A DNA stretch of 64,000 nt from a bacterium (GCA_965261595.1 CBDHDG010000006.1:416001-480000), one strand, 5' to 3'; shown: positions 29,221-40,064, counted from the first letter of the stretch. Made by a program: numbers and translations. The notes: a model not told the origin generated them from the sequence alone.

Positions 29221-29460
29221 CTAGAGCTTCAGAAGCGTTTTGGCGTTCCCACAAAAAAGCGTCTCCCGCTCTTCGTCCGTCGCGTCGACGGCTTCGAGGC
29301 GCCGAATCGTCTCGCGGATATACATCGGTCCGCCTTCGGGATCGAACGGGCAGTCGGAGGCGAACAGGCACTTGTCGACGCCGAAAAAGTCGAGCCCGCA
29401 CCGGGTCGCCCCCAACGATCCGAAAGTGGCCGTGTCGGCATAGAACATCCTGAAGTAGCG
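29221..29460 (-). pseudogene. C-terminal fragment of an amidohydrolase_2 family protein
   Basis: YF.MFYADTA..G, FG....LFASDCPFD, ..GNA..LL; the N-terminal part is absent. Confidence 0.75.
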
Positions 29461-29559
29461 CCCCGCGCGCCCCGCGCTACACCACTATTCAATCCGGCAA
29501 CTCCGTGAATCACAGGGTGTCCAGGCCGGGTCATCTCTTCTCTTTGTGCGAAATGCAGA

Positions 29560-30487
29560 CTAGCGCGGAACTTCCCCCGACAGCCCCAGCTTCTTCGCAC
29601 ACCCGCGGGCGTCTTCCCAGATGGCGTCCTCGATGGGGATCCCGTCCCGGAGCCTTTCTTCCCGCGTCCGGTAGGCCCGGTCCCCGGGCAGGAGGATCTC
29701 CTCCACGCCGGATGCGGCGGGCGAATTTCGGACGGCCCGCGAGAACGCATCCACTCCCTCGATGAACGCGTCCAAAGGACCGAACAGCTCCGGGTCGATG
29801 ACCAGGAAGAAGTCTCCCTTGTCCCGGATGCCGGCGGGGAAGAGCGAGGGGTCGAACCCGGTCTTCGGGCGCACGCCGACGAGCGGCCCCGTCAACAGGC
29901 TCAGAACGAAGGCGATGCCCGACCCCTTGTGGCCGCCGAATGGGCTGAGGACGCCGGCCAGGGCCGCCTCCGGATCGGTGGTGGGGTTTCCCTCCGCGTC
30001 CAGCGCCCACCCCTCGGGAATGGGCTCGCCCCTTTTCTTCGCGGTGTGGATCTTTCCCCGCGCCGCCTCGCTGGTCGCCATGTCCAGGACAACAGGGTGC
30101 CGCTTTCCGGGAACGCTGACGCAAAGAGGAGCGGTGCCGAACACGGCGGCGCGGCCGCCCCATGGATGAACCACGGGGGGGGTGCCGCTCGTGATGATCG
30201 AGATCAGGCCCTCCGTCGCCGTCGATCAGACCTCCCGTCGGACGGTCCCGGACGGTCCGGATCCGGGGGTCCGGGTTCACGACGCCCTGTTGGACGCCCT
30301 GAATCAGGCCGGCGAGACGGATGAGGCCATGCGAGGCATGCCCCCGCAGGTCGGCCTCGACCATCTGCTCGGCCGCCGGATCGGCCGTGTCGGGCCGCAC
30401 ACCCGTCGCCCGGAGGCATTCGGTCAGGAAGCGGAATTCTTCATCGCGCGTGAGGAGCAAGGGTCTGTCCCGCTGTGTTCGGGGCAA
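29560..30487 (-). pseudogene. Ldh_2 family (malate/L-sulfolactate/ureidoglycolate dehydrogenase-like) oxidoreductase with internal deletion and frameshift
   Basis: N-part ADLRGHASHGLIRL...LIDGDGG joined out of frame to GLISI..GT.P, DMATS, GWALD..G.PT.DP, GGHKGSG, PGDR. Confidence 0.8.
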
Positions 30488-30876
30488 TCGCGGCGGCCAC
30501 GAACTCGGGGGGGTGGGGGGAGGGGGGGGAAGCGGCCTGAGGACCAAGATGCCAGAGAGCGGCCGGCCGTGCAAGGTCGCGCGGGAAGGCGGGATTCATC
30601 GCCCCTCTCCCTCCCCCCCCGGGTGAAGCCGTTCGGGTTTGAGGAGTCCGGGGATCGCGGCCACCCTTTACCTCCTCTCCGGCGGCGGTTATCCTGGCTT
30701 TTCTCCTGTGCGAGACGCCGGATGATTCTCCGGGTCCATCCCGATTGCGTCCCGGCGGAACGGCCCGGAAGTGAATCGCCCCGCGCAACCCGATACGCGC
30801 GGGTGAGCAACGCATGCATTCGCAAAATGGGGTCCAACCGCGGATCGCTCACGAAGGAAAAACCCGGAGAGAACAC

Positions 30877-32166
30877 ATGCCCTCCGCATCACGAGACGAA
30901 GAGCGGATTCTCCAGGAAATCGACCGAAGCGAGGTGGCCGATCTCGCGGTCTCCCTGGGGAACATCGCAAGCCCCTCGGGCGATGAGATCGAGATGGCCG
31001 ACTACCTCGAGACCTGGCTGAAGGACGCCGGTCTTGCCCCCTTCCGGCAGCACGCCGCCCCGGGCCGCGACAACGTGATCGCCGTCCTCAACGGGAGCGG
31101 AGGGGGGGGAGAGGGGGGAGGGGGGCGAAGCCTCCTGTTCAACAGCTACATGGATACGCAGGTCCCGGACCCCTTCGACCCCGGACTCCCGGCGGAGGGG
31201 CAGGGCCTCGAGAAACGCGCCTGGCTCGAGGACGGCAAGGTCTTCGGCATCGGCGTGGTGAACGACAAGGGCCCGATGGCCGCCTTCCTGGTCGCGGCGA
31301 CGCCGCTGCGAAAGAGCGGGATCAAGCTTCGGGGCGACGTGATCCTGACCATGGTGGTCGGAGAGATCGGGACGGCCCCGGTGGACGAATTTCAGGGCCC
31401 CCGGTACCTCGGAAACGGATTCGGCTCGAAACACCTCGTGGACCAGGGCGTCCGGGCGGATTTCTCCCTGGTGGCCGAGGCGACCCATTTCGGCGTCACG
31501 TGGGCCGAAGCGGGCGTGCTCTACGTCAAGCTCACCGTTCGGGGAGAGCGGCGATACGCCCCGTTCGTGGACAACGCCCCCCCGCCCCGGGACAGCGCCC
31601 ACTCCGTCCTGAAGGCCGCCGACCTCATCCGGGGAATCCAGGAATGGGCGGTGGAGTATGAGGAGAAAAATAGCATCGATCTGGCGTGCGGAAGGATGGT
31701 TCCGAAGGTCAACATCGGGGCCGTCCGGGCGGGGCGTCCGTACGATCCCTCGTGCAGCCCTCCGGCCTGCCATCTTTACGTGGACATCCGATTGACGCCC
31801 GACGGCGACCCCGCACAGGTCGTGGAAGAGCTGGAGACGGTCAGCCGCAAGCGCGGGACGCCCGCCGAGGCGCACGTCTTCCTGCACGAACCCGGCTCCG
31901 TGGCCACGAACATCGAGCCCCTCCGGGACGCCCTCGAATCGGCCCACGGACGCATCCTCGGAAAGAAGCTCGAAGGCGTGGCCCCGCCCGAGACGAGCAT
32001 GTGGAGGGACCTCAACGTCTTCAATCGGGCCGGGATTCCGTCGCTGACGTATGGTCCGGGCGCCCCGACGGGGGGCGGGATGAAATACCTGAGCGTCGAA
32101 GACCTCGAAAGGGCGGCGCGGGTCTACGCCCTCACCGCCTACTACACCTGCCGCGAGGCTTCCTGA
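30877..32166 (+). CDS. M20/ArgE-DapE family metallohydrolase
   Basis: SPSGDE, NVIA, LLFNS(Y)MDT, G.GVVNDKG, VVGE, VAE.T, D.N.F...GIPS..YGPG. Confidence 0.85.
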   Translation: MPSASRDEERILQEIDRSEVADLAVSLGNIASPSGDEIEMADYLETWLKDAGLAPFRQHAAPGRDNVIAVLNGSGGGGEGGGGRSLLFNSYMDTQVPDPFDPGLPAEGQGLEKRAWLEDGKVFGIGVVNDKGPMAAFLVAATPLRKSGIKLRGDVILTMVVGEIGTAPVDEFQGPRYLGNGFGSKHLVDQGVRADFSLVAEATHFGVTWAEAGVLYVKLTVRGERRYAPFVDNAPPPRDSAHSVLKAADLIRGIQEWAVEYEEKNSIDLACGRMVPKVNIGAVRAGRPYDPSCSPPACHLYVDIRLTPDGDPAQVVEELETVSRKRGTPAEAHVFLHEPGSVATNIEPLRDALESAHGRILGKKLEGVAPPETSMWRDLNVFNRAGIPSLTYGPGAPTGGGMKYLSVEDLERAARVYALTAYYTCREAS

Positions 32167-32252
32167 AATCAGAATCCGGGGTTTTCTCAATTGATCCCCG
32201 GCCGAATCCAATCTAGGATTCAAGAAATTCTACCCGCCTCAAGGGATGACCC

Positions 32253-33059
32253 GTGACGAAACCGCCGCACCGCTACTGGAATGAGATGACGACCGAGGAC
32301 TTCTCGGCCCTGGACCTCCGGAGGGTGATCGCCGTCCTGCCCGTGGGGGCCACCGAACAACACGGCCCGCACCTGCCGGTCCACACCGACTGTTGCATCA
32401 ATGAGGGCGTCCTTTCGCGGGCGCTGGATCTGCTCCCCGCCGATTTGCAAGTGACGGCGCTGCCGATGATCTCGATCGGGAAGAGCAGCGAGCACACGGC
32501 CTTCCCCGGAACGCTGACCCTGACCACCGAGACGCTGATCCGGGTGTTGATGGAGATCGGCGAGAGCGTGAACCGCTCCGGCGTGCGCAAGCTGGTTTTG
32601 TTCAACAGCCACGGCGGCCAGCCGCAGATCCTCGACATCGTGGCGCGCGACCTCCGGGTGAGCTTCGGAATGCTGGTCGCCGCCGTGAACGCCGGCCGGC
32701 TGCTCGTATCGGACGGCCTGTTTTCCGATTCCGAGATGAAGCACGGCATTCACGCCGGGGCCAAAGAGACGTCGTTGATGCTCCACCTCCGACCTGATTC
32801 GGTCCGCCGCGAGAAGATCCGGCGGTTCGAGACCCTCTCGGAGGAAATGGAGGCGCACTACAAGTTCCTCTCACCCGAGGGCAGGGTGGGGTTCGGCTGG
32901 CAGGTTCAGGACCTGAATCCCGCGGGGGTTTGCGGCGACGCGACCGACGCCGACGCCGGGCGTGGCGGAAAGATGGTGGAGGAAATGGCGGGCAATCTCG
33001 TTGAGGTCCTGAAAGAGGTCGACCGCCTGCCCATCGACATTCTGAAGGATCGGCCCTGA
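32253..33059 (+). CDS. Creatininase (creatinine amidohydrolase) family protein
   Basis: LPVGATEQHGPHLP..TD, S.EH..FPGT, NSHGG, HAG..ETS motifs. Confidence 0.93.
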   Translation: MTKPPHRYWNEMTTEDFSALDLRRVIAVLPVGATEQHGPHLPVHTDCCINEGVLSRALDLLPADLQVTALPMISIGKSSEHTAFPGTLTLTTETLIRVLMEIGESVNRSGVRKLVLFNSHGGQPQILDIVARDLRVSFGMLVAAVNAGRLLVSDGLFSDSEMKHGIHAGAKETSLMLHLRPDSVRREKIRRFETLSEEMEAHYKFLSPEGRVGFGWQVQDLNPAGVCGDATDADAGRGGKMVEEMAGNLVEVLKEVDRLPIDILKDRP

Positions 33060-33097
33060 GTCGCGGGGAGTACGGGAGGAAAGGGAGGGGGGGCGCC

Positions 33098-34531
33098 GTG
33101 ACGCGCGAACCGGACACCGGAAGGCGGCGGATCGACTGGCAGGACTTCGCCCGGGCGCTGGACGGCGTGCCGGCGACGCTCGACCCCGGCCGGGTCAAGA
33201 AGAAGTCCCACGATTATTACTGGTTCAGCCCGATTCTCAAGGAAACGCTGAGCGACAAGTTCGGCGATATCCTGGTCACGCCGCGCGGCCTGGAGGACGT
33301 GCTGAAGGTCGCCCGCACGTGCGTCGAGTGGCGGGCGCCGCTGACCGTGCGGGGCGCCGGGACGGGCAACTACGGACAGGCCATCCCGCTCGAAGGCGGC
33401 GTCATTCTCGACGTCTCGAAGATGACCGCCGTCCGGTGGCTCAAGCCCGGGCTGATCCGATGCGAAGCGGGGATCCTGCTGGGTGCCGTTGACGCCGAGT
33501 CGCGAAAGACCGGCTGGGAGCTGCGGATCACGCCCTCGACCAAGCGCACCGCCACCCTGGGCGGGACCATCGCCGGCGGCAGCGCGGGCGTGGGGTCCAT
33601 CCTCCACGGCCTCCTGCGCGACACGGGCAACATCAACGGCCTCCAGGTCGTCACGATGGAGGACGAACCCCGGGTCATCGAGCCGCGGGGCAAAGAGATC
33701 CAACAGGCCAACCACGCCTACGGCACCAACGGGATCATCACCGAGCTGGAAGTTCCCCTGGCGCCGGCCTATCCTTGGGCGGACCTGATCGTCGCCTTCG
33801 ACGGCCTGATGACCGCCGCGCGATTCGGCCAGGCCCTGGGGGACGCCGACGGCATCGTCAAGAACGAGTGCAGCGTCTGCGCCTGGCCGATCCCCAAGTA
33901 CCTCAAGCCGCTACGGGGGTTCATCCCCGAGGGGAAGACAATCGCCATCTGCATGGTCGCCGAGCAGTCGCTGGAACCCTTCGAGACCCTCGTGGCAGAT
34001 TTTGGCGGCGAGATTTGCTACCGGAAGATCGCCGAAGAGGTGGCCTCGGGCACGCCGCTCTTCGAATACACCTGGAACCACACCACGCTCTACGCTATCA
34101 AGGCGGACCCCTCGATCACTTATCTCCAGGCCCTGTTCAAGCCCGGGCGCAACCTGGAGCGGATCGAGCACGTGGCCGATCATTTTGGGGATGAAATGCC
34201 GATTCACCTGGAATTCATCCGCCTTCACGGCCAGGTGGGCTGCATGGGCGTGGTGCTCTTGCGCTACCGGGGGGAATCGCGCCTGAACGAGGTGATCGAA
34301 TACCTGGAAGACTACGGCGTGCCGGTGTTCAATCCGCACACCCCGATCCTGGAAGACGGAGGGATGAAGATGGTCAACCGGGCGCAGCTCGATTTCAAGA
34401 AGCTCGCCGATCCCTACGGCCTCCTCAACCCGGGCAAGATGCGCGCCTGGATGGAAGACCGGGAGGTGCTTGGAAAGGAAGACGCCCTCTACCCCGCGGA
34501 CCACTCCGGCGGCCGCACCGTCGAGGATTAG
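33098..34531 (+). CDS. FAD-binding (VAO/PCMH) oxidoreductase
   Basis: DYYWFSP.L, RGAGTGNYGQ..P..GG, PST...AT.GG, HAYGTNG, WNHTT, DP.GLLNPGK. Confidence 0.9.
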   Translation: MTREPDTGRRRIDWQDFARALDGVPATLDPGRVKKKSHDYYWFSPILKETLSDKFGDILVTPRGLEDVLKVARTCVEWRAPLTVRGAGTGNYGQAIPLEGGVILDVSKMTAVRWLKPGLIRCEAGILLGAVDAESRKTGWELRITPSTKRTATLGGTIAGGSAGVGSILHGLLRDTGNINGLQVVTMEDEPRVIEPRGKEIQQANHAYGTNGIITELEVPLAPAYPWADLIVAFDGLMTAARFGQALGDADGIVKNECSVCAWPIPKYLKPLRGFIPEGKTIAICMVAEQSLEPFETLVADFGGEICYRKIAEEVASGTPLFEYTWNHTTLYAIKADPSITYLQALFKPGRNLERIEHVADHFGDEMPIHLEFIRLHGQVGCMGVVLLRYRGESRLNEVIEYLEDYGVPVFNPHTPILEDGGMKMVNRAQLDFKKLADPYGLLNPGKMRAWMEDREVLGKEDALYPADHSGGRTVED

Positions 34532-34609
34532 GCCGGATTTCTCAAGAAGTTTGGCTGGGGCGCTAGTGCGCCATGGATGCAACGGTGGTCTGCCGGGGAG
34601 CAGAGAAGC

Positions 34610-34710
34610 AGGGGCGGGTACGGAGCCCCGCCCCTACATCTGGGCGCCCTTCGGGAGTTTTCCGTGTAGGGGCGGGGCGCGAGTCGGTTGACTCCTGCAC
34701 CCGCCCCCAA
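34610..34710. repeat. Pair of REP-like palindromes
   Basis: AGGGGCGGGTACGGAGCCCCGCCCCTACA and inverted TGTAGGGGCGGG...CCCGCCC. Confidence 0.55.
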
Positions 34711-34791
34711 CAACCGGCCGCAAGTCGAATCGCCGACGAACAGCCCAAGGGAGTTCGACCTGTTGAATCGTTCCCCTTCCCGCGGGTCCCT

Positions 34792-35033
34792 TCACTCATC
34801 CCCGGTGACAGCCACGGCCTGAGCCTCGGGCATCCTATCCGGGTGCGCGAATCCCGCTACGGTGATCCGGGCGCCGGCGGGGCAACCCCCGGAGAAACAC
34901 CCGCTTCGAATCTCCCCCCCCCCCCCGAACTTCAGTCCGTGGCGGACGTCGAGGATGAACACCGTCATCGTCACCAGGTCTTGCAGGCTCCCGCCCACCT
35001 CCTCCAGCCGCTTTTCCATTTTCCGGAACGCGG
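34792..35033 (-). pseudogene. Degenerate duplicate of the 3' two-thirds of the RidA-family gene at 37381-37773
   Basis: Translates F.KMEKRLEE.GG.L.DLVTMTVFILDVRHG...ITVAGFAHPD...AVAVTGDE; colinear with 37381-37613. Confidence 0.85.
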
Positions 35034-35238
35034 TATGATCCCCTGAGACGGTCGGCTTTTTTGACATCCCGCTCATCAAGAGAAGGGACCCGTTTTTGGG
35101 AGAAGGAATCGAGGGGAATGACCGGGTGTGTTGCATTTCTTGGGCGGGGGGTCCAGAAAATGGAATGTCATCATCCATGCCCTTTCTCCCGGCGGCCCGT
35201 CCCATGGTCCATCCCGTTATGGAAGAACGAACCAGGAA

Positions 35239-37336
35239 ATGATTGAGCGGCTTGAGTCCATCATCTCCGCATTGTTTCAGCCCAATGACGGGGATGACAA
35301 TTTCTCGATCTTCGATCCCGCCGTTCAACTGGACGAGGATCGCACCGACCCCGCCGGCATCGCCCGGTCGCTGAACGCCGCATTCCTGATCTTGCTCGCG
35401 GGCGGGGGAGACGCGGGGCGTCCGGCATTCGAGCGGGCGCACCGCTACCTCTCCCGTATGACCGATTCCTCCGAGTGGGCGGAAGTCGCCGGATTCTTCC
35501 TGAAAGGGAGAGAGCTGATTCATGAAGAGATCGAAACGGTTTGCAAGAACGACGCCGGTTTCGCGGAACGTCTTGAGGGCCTCTCGGAATGGCTGTCGGA
35601 TCAGCAGAATCTGAAGAAGCGGGAAGAGACCATCGAGAAAATCTGGTCGGTCTTTTTTCCGGAAGCCCTCCACATCCGGACAAGGACAGAAAAAGCCGTA
35701 GAAGACCTACGGGCGAAGCGCACCATCACCCTGACGAAGCTGAACGACAAACCGATCACCCATGTTGCCCGGCAGATTCTCTTCACCTCGAACATCATTC
35801 TCGCGGCGCCCCCTGCCTCCAGGTCTCTCGATGAGCTCTCCCTGAGCGAGGGGCTGAAGGAAAGGCTTTCTCGAATCGCCCGCGAACCTCAGCTCCACTG
35901 GTACGATCACCCCATCCAAATCGGCGTGGAACAGGAGAAAAACGAGGTCCTATACGGCCTCCGCGGCTTGGACGCGGCGGTTGCGTTCGAACGGGTCCGG
36001 GGCGGGGCCTCACGCGATGAAAAACTGACCTGCGTGTTGTCGGTCTCGGTGACCCATCAAGGCCTCAAAGATATGGTCAGAACCGTACCTCGGGGAGGAA
36101 TTCGCCCGCTTTGGCGGGCTGAACAACCTGGAGGTCACCGTGTTCACCGAAGAGGACACCCGCCGGATGATCGACGAGGTTCTCGATCCCGCGGCCCGGC
36201 GTTACCTGCAGCGCAACGACGCCAAAGAGCTCCTCGGCATCTTCGGCGTGGACGGCGAATACGGCAGGCACTACAGCTTTCTGAAGGCCGTCGCCGCATT
36301 CTGGAACGTCTTCATCCAGCCGGAAATCAGGGCCACGTTCAAGATCGACCTCGACCAGGTTTTTCCGCAAAACGAACTCGTCGAACAAACCGGCCGGTCC
36401 GCATTCGCCCACCTGGCAACTCCGCTCTGGGGAGCCCGAGGAATCGATGCCGGCGGGAAACCCGTCGAGCTCGGCATGATCGCCGGGGCGCTCGTCAACG
36501 AGAGTGACATCGACAAATCCCTGTTCACCCCCGATGTCCTTTTCCCGGACCCTTCCCTTTCTCCGGATGAGTGCATTTTCTTTAGCCCATTGCCGCAGGC
36601 AGTTTCGACGGAAGCGGAAATGATGACGCGCTACAACACGGAGAAACCGGACGGCCGGAGAACGTGCATTCAGCGCATCCACGTTACGGGCGGAACGAAC
36701 GGCATCCTCGTGGACCCCCTGCGCCGGTATCGTCCCTTTACACCATCCTTCATCGGCCGGGGAGAGGACCAGGCGTATCTCCTCTCCGTGCTCTCTCACC
36801 GGGAACCGAGACTCGCTTATCTCCACAAGGACGGCCTCATCATGCGCCACGAGAAAGAAGCATTTGCGCAGGAGGCCATCCAGGCCGCTTCCGTAGGCAA
36901 GCTGATCGGTGATTACGTCCGCATTCTCTACTTTTCCGCGTACGCCGAGACGCTGGGAGAAGGCAACTCGACGCCCCTGAAAGATGCGGTGGATCCGTTC
37001 ACGGGCTGTTTCATCTCCAGGATTCCGAAAACCGTCGTGTTCCTTCGCTTCGGCCTCAAGGCCGCGTCGCTCTTCACGGAGCGTGAAGACGAACAAGGGC
37101 TTGAGTTCGTCACCCTGGGCTCACGGAACATCGCAAAGGCGCTTGATTTTGTCCGGGGTGAAAAAGGCGGGCTCAGGCAGTCCTACGAAAGGGAGCGCCG
37201 TGGGTGGGACGTGTATTACGACGTCCTCTCCGCAGTCGAAGACGCCCTGCGTGATGAAGACGCCTTTGCGCTGGATTTGCGGAAGGGGGCGCAACGCATC
37301 GTGGATCAATGCGCCGTCCGCTTCGGCCCCGCGTGA
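35239..37336 (+). CDS. Conserved hypothetical ~700 aa protein (possible GT-A-like fold), frameshifted near 36080
   Basis: Two ORFs join at GLKDMVR/PYLGEEF; motifs YDHP, GVDGEYGRHYSFLKA, TFKIDLDQ, HVTGG, GRGEDQAY, IMRH. Confidence 0.65.
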
Positions 37337-37380
37337 GCCCTCCGGTCATTCGGCAACCCCTGTGGCATCCGTGGATCTCT

Positions 37381-37773
37381 TTACTCATCCCCGGTGACGG
37401 CCACGGCCTGGATCTCGATCATCATGTCCGGGTGCGCGAATCCTGCTACCGTGATCTGGGCGCTGGCGGGGTAACCCCCGGAGAAATACCCGCTTCGAAT
37501 CTCCCCGAACTTCGGTCCGTGGCGGACGTCGAGGATGAACACCGTCATCGTCACCAGATCCCGCAGGGTCCCGCCCGCCTCTTCCAGCCTCTTTTCCATT
37601 TTCCCGAACACGGCGCGGGCCTGGGCCTCGAAGTCCCCCGCCAGGGAGTTCCCATCCTCGTCTTCCCGCGCCGTCACACCGGCCAGCCAGAGGGTCTTCC
37701 CGCCCCGTGTGACAACGGTTCGTGAGTACCCGCGCGCTTCCTCCCGCTCTCCCTTGTGGTATTCCCGTGGCAT
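37381..37773 (-). CDS. RidA/YjgF/UK114 family protein
   Basis: YSR.V, LWLAG, GDFEAQ, DLV..TVF, PAS..I.V......MIEI.A.A; RBS GAGG. Confidence 0.9.
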   Translation of the reverse strand: MPREYHKGEREEARGYSRTVVTRGGKTLWLAGVTAREDEDGNSLAGDFEAQARAVFGKMEKRLEEAGGTLRDLVTMTVFILDVRHGPKFGEIRSGYFSGGYPASAQITVAGFAHPDMMIEIQAVAVTGDE

Positions 37774-38657
37774 TTCTTGAAACCTCCCCGCGAGCCCGCA
37801 ATGGCTGAGCTCTTTGTTGGCGTCCCGCCGCATGAGCGGCAAACTTCAAACCTGTTGATTTTCCCGCAAAACCGGATCCTCCCCCCGTGCGGCGAAGACC
37901 GCAAGCCATCTTTCATCCCATCCATCGGTTGTGGATCAACCCATGGGTCGAAGAGAACAAAGCGACGGATTCCGGAGATTTTGTGATTCACGGAAGCGCC
38001 ACATTCAATCGCGGTGCAGCGCGGGCCGGTTGACCCCGCCGGTTTTCGGTTCAATCCGGGATGGGCGTTCCGTTGTCCCCGATCTCCACCCCGCTTCCCG
38101 GGGTCGCCGGGCGAGAGCCAACCAAGCATGGCCTTGCGCCCTTCGGTCTGTAACGGCTTCCCGCAAGGGTCCAACGGCATCCGGGCAGCCGTCTGAACCA
38201 AGCTGAAGATAATGGCAAAGCCCGTTCGAGCGCCACCCGATTCTTGCTGAATTGAAGGCCGACGCACACCGTGAGGAATGTTTTGGACGATAAAACCGGC
38301 GGTGACGCCACCGGGCCATTACGGGCTCGGGACGCGGATCCGCCGTTGATGGGAGAAGGGGCCGCGATTCCTGAAACCGTCCCAAAGCGCCGCCTGACCC
38401 ACTGATGGAGGGCCGGCGCTCAATCGATTGGGTTGTGAGGAATTTGGGTTCGGTGCTCCGATCCGCGCTTTTCTAAAGGGGACCGATGAGAACCCTTCGG
38501 GGGAGACGGCGGGGCCGAAAATGGGATGCACCGGTTGGCGGTATGTCCGGCGCTCGGCGGGAGGCTCCCCCCCCTTGAGAGGAGGGCTGACCGGACACTT
38601 GGATTCGCGGATTCGCGGATCCACCTTGAAAGGGTCGCCCCGGCCCGCGCCCGCGGT

Positions 38658-39053
38658 TCACTGCACCAAGCTCGCCAAGCTCGCCAAGCTCGCCAAGCTC
38701 GCCAAGCTCATGCTGATGCTGGTTTTCAGGTATTCAATGTCAACGGGCTTGGTGATGTAATCGTAAGCGCCTTCGGAAAGGGCATTCCTTCCGATATTCT
38801 CGGCATGGAGCGCGGTGACCATGATGAATCCCAAGGCGGGATCAATGGCCTTGGCCCTTCTCATCACTTCCATTCCGTTCATTCCCGGCATCCGGATGTC
38901 GAGAAGCACCAGGTGCGGCCGCTCCGCCTGAATCAACTCCAACGCCTGATTTCCTGTAGTGGCCTTCGAAACTTCATACCCCTGCTTCCCCAGAAAAGTT
39001 TCCAGGAACTCGCAGGCCATTGGCTCGTCGTCAACAATCAGGATTTTTGCCAT
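38658..39053 (-). CDS. Single-domain response regulator (receiver)
   Basis: KILIVDDE, LLDIRMPGMNG, MVTA, GAYDYITKP. Confidence 0.92.
   Translation of the reverse strand: MAKILIVDDEPMACEFLETFLGKQGYEVSKATTGNQALELIQAERPHLVLLDIRMPGMNGMEVMRRAKAIDPALGFIMVTALHAENIGRNALSEGAYDYITKPVDIEYLKTSISMSLASLASLASLASLVQ
38666..38710. repeat. 9-bp tandem repeat (CCAAGCTCG) x5
   Basis: Directly visible; encodes the SLA repeats at the receiver C-terminus. Confidence 0.95.
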
Positions 39054-39277
39054 ATCAGCCCGCGCTTCGAGAAAAGAAGTCATGGTCATTTGGTGAGAAC
39101 CTCATCTTCAACCCTCGGGGGGCCGCTGATTCAGGAGGTCGGATTTCCACCGGTAAAAAACGCCGGCGGCTCCGAGGGGATAGCCAACGGGCATGGAGCA
39201 GGGATGGTGGTAAGGGGGATGAGGGTTATGAATACCATCCCGCTCCAAAACCCGAAGGCCCAAGATTCAGGTCCGAA

Positions 39278-39580
39278 TCAATTCGATACGGCCAACGCCA
39301 GTGTTTTCGCGGCGGCCTTGCGCGCGCGCAGCCCCAGGAGGCCCTCGGCGGCATGCGCCACCTCAATCCACTGAGAGGCGTTCAGGTCGCCCGCGCGACG
39401 CTCAGACTTCGCTTGACGCCGCGCGTCCGTCGAGAGCCGGGCATCGATTCTCCGAATCGTCCGGCTTTCGGCGCCGTATAACCTGGAGAGAACCCGCTCC
39501 TGCGCGAGGGCGCCGCCAACTACCGCCGCCAGAACAAAACCGGAAAGAGCGATCGTCTTTGTGATTTTCGCGACTTTCAT
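39278..39580 (-). CDS. Small exported hypothetical protein
   Basis: Signal peptide ending ALA-Q; RBS GAGG upstream; preceded by a sigma54-type promoter. Confidence 0.55.
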   Translation of the reverse strand: MKVAKITKTIALSGFVLAAVVGGALAQERVLSRLYGAESRTIRRIDARLSTDARRQAKSERRAGDLNASQWIEVAHAAEGLLGLRARKAAAKTLALAVSN

Positions 39581-39627
39581 TGGCCATACCTCAAAATATC
39601 AGTTTGAATTCTTGCTTTTCTTGTATT

Positions 39628-39780
39628 AACAAAGACCGTGCCAAGACGCCAGAAATCGTATTCTCACTGTATTATCAATTTTTTATGTGATATTTCATCC
39701 CAACCGACTGCATCGGGCGAGACCCGTTTGAGACAACATGATTGTCTCAAGATTGTCTCACATCCGTCTCATGTGAGACA
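39628..39780 (-). promoter_or_regulatory. Sigma54-type promoter with IHF site and enhancer palindromes
   Basis: Minus strand TGGCAC-GGTCT-TTGT (39629-39643); TATCAA-TTTT-TTA IHF consensus (39673-39685); several TGAGAC/GTCTCA inverted repeats (39728-39780). Confidence 0.65.
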
Positions 39781-40064
39781 TGCTTTCCCCGGATCTGGAA
39801 TTCCTCGCACAGATGTTATCCAGTTTTGTATTGCCGGAAGAATCTTATTGTCCGGCGTCTGATTGGAAATAAATTGGAATATAAGACATAAGGGGGTGGG
39901 GTGAGGGGCGGATTCTTTCACCGCTATCGAGGCTGTCTTGATCCCCCGTCCTTGTGGTAGCCTATATTGTAGTGGGGGTTGAGGTATTTGGCGTCCCGCG
40001 TGAAAAGGCGGTGATCGGCGATTGGGACATCCCGATTCCGATTCCGCGATTTTGGAGATTCAAA

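Noticed and set aside
38480..38525. Hammerhead-ribozyme-like GATGAG...CGAAA
   Set aside because: Core CUGAUGA is not matched and the required stems were not evident.
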